Assembly (NCBI RefSeq): GCF_009914755.1
Contig: NC_060947.1
DNA length: 64,000 nt
From: the human T2T-CHM13v2.0 reference genome, Homo sapiens
Direction: 5' to 3' (one strand)
Shown: one piece after another, positions 58,516 to 64,000 of the stretch
Position numbering within the stretch: the stretch's first letter is position 1
Layout: every line of letters starts with the position of its first letter
Translations under genes and position numbers: made by a program
The notes under the pieces: generated by a model
What the model saw: only the letters and a program-made list of their open reading frames with translations
Database searches by the model: none
What the model was told of the DNA's origin: nothing

Positions 58516-59632
58516 TGACTTTTTAATAGACATTCTGACTGGCATAAGATGGTACCTCGTTGTTTTCATTTGCTCTTCTCTGATGATTAGTGATGTTGAG
58601 CATGTTTTCCTTTTTTAATTTTACTTTAAGTTCTGGGATACATGTGCAGAATGTGCAGGTTTGTTACACAGGTATACATGTGCCATGGTGGTTTGCTGCA
58701 CCCATCAACCCATCATCTAGGTTTTAAGCCCCTCATGCATTAGGTATTTGTCCTAATGCTCTCCCTCCTCTTCCCCCACCCCGACAGGCTCCAGTGTGTG
58801 ATGTTTCCCTCCCTGTTTTCATGTGTTCTCACTGTTCAACTCCCACTTATGAGGGAGAACATGTGGTGTTTGGTTTTCTGCTCCTGTGTTAGTTTGCTGA
58901 GAATGATGGTTTCCAGTTTCATCCATGTCCCTGCAAAGGACATGGACTCATCCTTTTTTATGGCTGCATAGTATTGCATGGTGTGTATGTGCCACATTTT
59001 CTTTATCCAGTCTATCATTGATGGACATTTGGCTTGGTTCCAAGTCTTTGCTATTGTAAATAGTGTTGCAATAAACATACATGTGCATGTGTCTTTATAG
59101 TAGAATGATTTATAATCCTTTGAGTATATACCCAGTAATGGAATTGCTGGGTCAAATGTTATTTCTGGTTCTAGATACTTGAGGAATCACCACACTGTCT
59201 TCCACAATGGTTGAATTAATTTACACTCCCGATAACAGTGTAAAAGCGTTCATCCCATTCAAGACATAGGCATGGGCAAAGACTTCATGACTAAAACACC
59301 AAAAGCAATAGCAACAAAAGCCAGAATTTACAAATTGGATCTAATTAAACTAAAGAGCTTCTGCACAACAAAAGAAACTATCGTCAGAGTGAACAGGTAA
59401 CCTACAGAATGGGATAAAATTTTTCCTATGTTTATGTTGGCCACTTATGTGCTTTCTTTTGAAAAATGTCTGTTCATGTATTTTGCCCACTTTTTAATTG
59501 GTTATTTGTGTTTGTTTCTTGTTCAGTTGTTTGAGCTCCTTGTAGATTCTGGATATTAGTCTTTTGTTGGATGCCTAATTTGCAAATATGTTATTCTATT
59601 CTGTAGGTTGTCTGTTTACTTCATTGATTAAG
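58516..59632 (-). mobile_element. older L1 fragment (58516-58610 and 59425-59632) interrupted by an L1PA7-like insertion
   Basis: gatgattagtgatgttgagcatgttttcc resumes as tatgtttatgttggccacttatgtg after the insertion. Confidence 0.8.
58611..59424 (-). mobile_element. 5'-inverted (twin-primed) L1PA7-like element
   Basis: Minus 3' part at 58611-59250; plus-oriented ORF2 piece at 59254-59424; short TSD ttttcct. Confidence 0.9.
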
Positions 59633-59689
59633 AAATTCCACAAAGTTTTGCTCTTCGTCTCTCTTTATGTACTTGAATAGACAACATCT

Positions 59690-60170
59690 ATTAGCAGAGT
59701 GTGTGTCAGAGACAGCCCTTAGCACACTTATAAGGTTTATCTCATTGACTCTTTTCAGCATCTCTCTGAAGCATGTACTATTATTATCTCTATTTTACAG
59801 GTGAGAAAACCGATGGACAGAGAAATGAGGTAACTTGACTAACATCACACAGCTGGCAAAGAGCAGAGCTTCAATAGGAACTCAGGCAGTCTAATTCCAG
59901 AGGCCATACTCTTTTAGCCCATACATTTGTGTTGTTTTGCTTTGTGACTAAAAGCCAGACTCTAGATCTAGTTTTTCTGCTGAGTTCAAATTCCAGCATT
60001 ACCACTTTCTAGTTGTGTGACTTTGGGCAAGTGACTTCACCTCTCTAAGCCTCAGTTTCCTCATTTGTGAAATGGAAGAACAATAGTAAGGCTGATGTGA
60101 AGATTAAATGAGTTATTTATGTAAAATACTTACAATAATGTTTGAAACCAGGTAAGTAGTATGTAAATGT
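59690..60170. mobile_element. two MIRs (- 59690-59920, + 59945-60170)
   Basis: tattttacaggtgagaaaacc and gactttgggcaagtgacttcacctctctaagcctcagtttcctcatttg. Confidence 0.8.
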
Positions 60171-60441
60171 CTCAGTTCCCCAGGCAAGATTGGTGGGAAA
60201 TCAAAAGTCAGTCTTTTTTTTTTTTTTTTTCCTTGCAGCTTTCTAACATTACACAGAACTGCCAGGCTTAAACCAGGTTTAAGTAGTCCAGAAAAAAAAA
60301 ATGGGTTATGTAGTCTTCAGCAGTCCCTCATGGCTGCCTTCTGGTGCTCACTGGTCATGTCCCAAGTGGTCCATTTCAAGGCTTTGTAATCCTTCAGTGC
60401 CAAGTCTCTAACAGGAGCTCACAATCTGATTTATTATGCTA

Positions 60442-60459
60442 TACTGCCCCCTTCTGTGG
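60442..60459 (-). promoter_or_regulatory. candidate CTCF motif
   Basis: The minus strand reads CCACAGAAGGGGGCAGTA, close to the CTCF core consensus. Confidence 0.45.
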
Positions 60460-61749
60460 ATTATAGGTAATCAGTAACTATAGGGCTTACAGGCTGAGTT
60501 TCTCACATGCTTAATAAATGGTAGTGATTTTGTTTTATTAGCTTTAACGCTCACTCCTATTAGCGTGACTCCCAACCCTTAATGTTACCATGAGCAAACT
60601 AAAACAGGGAATAAGGGCATCTATCAAGGGCACATAAATAGTAAGTGATGGAAGTCTGGATTTGAATTCAAGCTTTGATAATTCTCACATTCCCAACTTT
60701 TAATTTTTATTGTATGTCTCTTTTTTAAATATTTCTGAATATGATCACATATAAGGACTGTCTATTTCCTACTTTAAAATCTTTTTCTCCTTTAGGAAGT
60801 CTTCCTGTATTCTGGCATATTATATTGTACTTCTATGTTGACTATTTTTAAGTTGTTTATGGAGGCGTGTATTATCCTCTATTTTTAGGTAGCTGAATAA
60901 AAAGAATGAGTTTTCCAATTCCTTGTTGAATTGGTTTCTAGAAAAAATGCCATTTAGTGAGAATATACTAAAATTCAAGAAACTCAGTTAAAAGGAGACT
61001 GGAGAAGAGCACTGAGATAAGTAACTCATGGACCCTGGTAAAGTATACTTGATAATAATAGGTGTTTAAAAAAGTCAACATCTCAAGAGCATGATTTATT
61101 TCTTATAAAAGATTACATCCCTCACAATCTAGCTCAATGCCTTATTTATAGTAAGAACTCAGGAAATATTTGTTGAATTGCCATTTAGAGTTTGCTGATA
61201 GGCTTCAGTCAATTTCAATCAAGTAATAATATATTTCCTCTGGATAGCTAGAAATGAAAATATTCTAATAAGAAAGATTTGCAGGTCATGAAAAATTTAA
61301 CCTTTTACATGCAGACTTGTATCTTCATATTTTTAATAATAAGAATCACTGCAAAGTTAATAAGACAGTTCTGGGTTTTAATGTAGTAATAATAAATATG
61401 TAATGTTATTTGATTTTTCTTATTAAAGTGAGAGTCTTCTATAAGAATAATCATGAGGCATTGATAGAGGTGGAGTCAAAGATGTACATATAGCTTTGTG
61501 TGTCACAGCACTGATCAAATAATGAGTCTGAAGCTCATTATTATCATATATCATAACTTATTTTATTTATTAATGGTTTTGCCTCTCTTCTCTAAAAATT
61601 GAGAGAGATGTGGTTAAGTATAATATGGAAGACAGTAGCATAATTGTTTTCTATTTTGTAAACTTAATGGGTAAATCAAAAGCCAAGCAGCTGTTTAAAA
61701 AGTAATAATTTTATCTTTTAGAAAATCCTTATCAATATCAGATGTAAAG

Positions 61750-61960
61750 CAGTGTAATGAGAAGACCACTAAACTGGGAGTCAAAAGCATTTTATTCTGG
61801 TCCCAGCTCAACTTCTTGTTTGTGTGATCCCCTACTAGTTCCATGCTCTCCTCTCTGACCTTCAGTTTTCTCGTTTGTAAAATGAAGATTACAATGCCCA
61901 TAAGGTTTTAGTGAGATTCAGTGAAACTGCTTTGTCAAAGTGTTGTACAAATTAGAAATA
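61750..61960 (+). mobile_element. MIR SINE
   Basis: ccttcagttttctcgtttgtaaaatgaag. Confidence 0.7.
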
Positions 61961-62417
61961 GTGTTATAGTAAGGCATCGGTAATGTTTTCTTTTTCTTGT
62001 CAAGAGTCTTCTAATGCTATCAGTTATTTTAACATCTGTAACATAAGACACCACATCAGTATCATTGTAAGCTTTAATCTACACTTGAATCACACCGGTA
62101 TTAAGTCAATTGATGATATACAAAGGAGCAGTATCCATCATCACTCCAAAAAATTGTGCTGGTACATATTGGAGAGTGCTTGCTCTTAGCGTCCAAATTT
62201 ATTTTTGTAAAAAAAAAAAAAACAGACATGCCTATAAACACAACACTAAGTTAAAAATTTCTATACGCCCTAGGTTTAATATGAAAGTCTACAGCCCTTT
62301 GCCTGTTTACTTCACTACAATGTAACAGCCTTTTTTCATTTCATAAATATCCTCTCATCTAATTCCACTCTAAATAACAGTGAGTTAGAACTATAATAAT
62401 TCAAAACAGATTGCAAA

Positions 62418-62556
62418 GATAAATGCTTGAGAGGATGGAAACCCCATTCTCCATGATGTGCTTAGTTCACACTGTATGCCTGTATCAAAATATCACATTG
62501 CCCCATAAATACAAACACCTATTATGTACCCACAAAAATTTAAACAAATACTTAAG
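62418..62556 (+). mobile_element. very short L1MA2/3-like 3' end with a perfect TSD
   Basis: gataaatgcttgagaggatggaaaccccattctccatgatgtg...; TSD aaaacagattgcaaa at 62403-62417 and 62557-62571. Confidence 0.9.
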
Positions 62557-62799
62557 AAAACAGATTGCAAAACTAACAGGTGTACACAAGGAATACTAAC
62601 ATTACTATGTAACCATCATACCTTCTGATATCCACAGTATCCTTCCTATACTAACAATTTTGTACAGCTGTCTCTATAATACAAATAATTATAGAAATAC
62701 AAGTTAATTGTACTTTAACACTGCAATCATGTAGAAAAGAATAAGTCTTTTGGATATTTTGTAGTTCTTTTTTCCTCCAGATGGAGATAGTCTGGTAAG

Positions 62800-63320
62800 A
62801 CTCCTTGCTTCATGGTAGTAATCAAGGAAGGAAGTGTAAGAACTAAGACTTAAAGGATTAATTAAACATACATAATTGGAAGAAAAGACACTTCAGGCTG
62901 AGAGAGCAGTATATGCAAATGGCAATTTGGAGGGACAAGTAGGAGGGCAGGAAGGGGATTACCAACTCTAAGTTATAGGGGAACTGTGTGATATGAAGTT
63001 GAAGAGGTGGAATGGGACAAGGCCATGAGGGCCTCATACGCTATCCAAGGAGTTTGAATTTTATCTTTAAGGTAATGCGGAATCACTAATGTATTTTGAG
63101 TTATTAGTGTGTAAAAAAGGTCACTCTGGCTTCTTTGTAGAGATTGGTTAAGGAAAATTGAGAGCAGAGACAGGAAAACAAGATAAAAGGTTGTTGCAGT
63201 AACCCAGGCAAGAGATGTCATGTACCTCTACTAACAAAGTGGCAGGATAGGACTGACCAGACTTGGCAACAGTTCAGATGTGGGGGCAGCTCCCAGGTTT
63301 GTGACTTCAATGCCATGCCT
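62800..63320 (-). mobile_element. L2 relic
   Basis: aaggagtttgaattttatctttaaggtaatgcggaatcact...ggttgttgcagtaacccaggcaagagatg. Confidence 0.75.
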
Positions 63321-63474
63321 TTTATCCAGTACTCATCACCTTTATGCAAATGATCTCCAACTATGTTTCCTGTAGCTTGGTCAAAATAATAGAACAGTCA
63401 ACTTCAGTCAGCAGATGGCACATTAATCACTTGATTATTTCGGGTGGTTTCTCCATTGAACAACCTCTACCTCA

Positions 63475-63965
63475 GTGGATTGGCATTTTTTACTTAGCAT
63501 AATTCCCTGTAGATTCATCAAAATTATCTTATGTAACTATAGTTCATTCCCTCTTATTGCTGAATAGTACTCCATAATTTATGTGTGCAGCACGGTTTGT
63601 TTAACCAGTTTGGGGTTATTACCAATGTAGCTAATATGAACCTTTATGTACAGTTTTCTATGTAGATATAAAGTTTCATTTATCTGGGGTAAATATTCAG
63701 GAGTCCAAATGCTATGTCATTTGGTAAATATATGCATAGGTTTTCTTTAAGTTTGTTTAACTGCCAGTCAGAGTTGGTTTATTTTTTTATATTCTCACAA
63801 GCCATATGGGAAAGATTCAATTTGTATCTTCACCAGCATCTGGTATTGTCATTATGTTTTTACTTTACCTTTACTGTTAGGTGTGTAGTGATATCACAGT
63901 AGAATTTTAATTTGCATTTACCTATTGCCCAATTATGCTAAACATATTTTTATGTGTGCATTTTA
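63475..63965 (-). mobile_element. old L1M fragment
   Basis: ttttacttagcataattccctgtagattcatc...ttttaatttgcatttacct. Confidence 0.8.
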
Positions 63966-64000
63966 AAATATTTATTTATTTATTTACTTATTTATTTATT

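Noticed and set aside
61517-61545. Hairpin aataatgag-tctgaag-ctcattatt
   Set aside because: A 9-bp AT-rich stem is expected by chance in 64 kb and is too short for a pre-miRNA.

Overview
Primate (human-like) non-coding genomic DNA, dominated by transposable elements. I found no protein-coding exon I can support; the provided ORFs are LINE-1 ORF1/ORF2/ORF0 fragments or chance frames. The window holds two decayed full-length L1s (14727-20872 minus, L1PA3/4-like; 47139-53590 plus, L1PA7-like), three 5'-inverted (twin-primed) L1s, many L2/MIR/MaLR/DNA-transposon relics, three Alus, an ACTB 3'UTR retrocopy and a 1.3-kb palindromic AT-rich minisatellite. The most unusual structure is at about 53-59 kb. 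Two inverted L1PA7-like 3' ends share non-consensus variants and also the same L1-tail/flank junction, which independent insertions cannot explain. They enclose an inverted Alu pair and the only non-repeat CpG-rich element, which carries YY1, CRE, ETS and CTCF-like motifs. Subfamily names come from recalled consensus sequences, and boundaries of old repeats are approximate.
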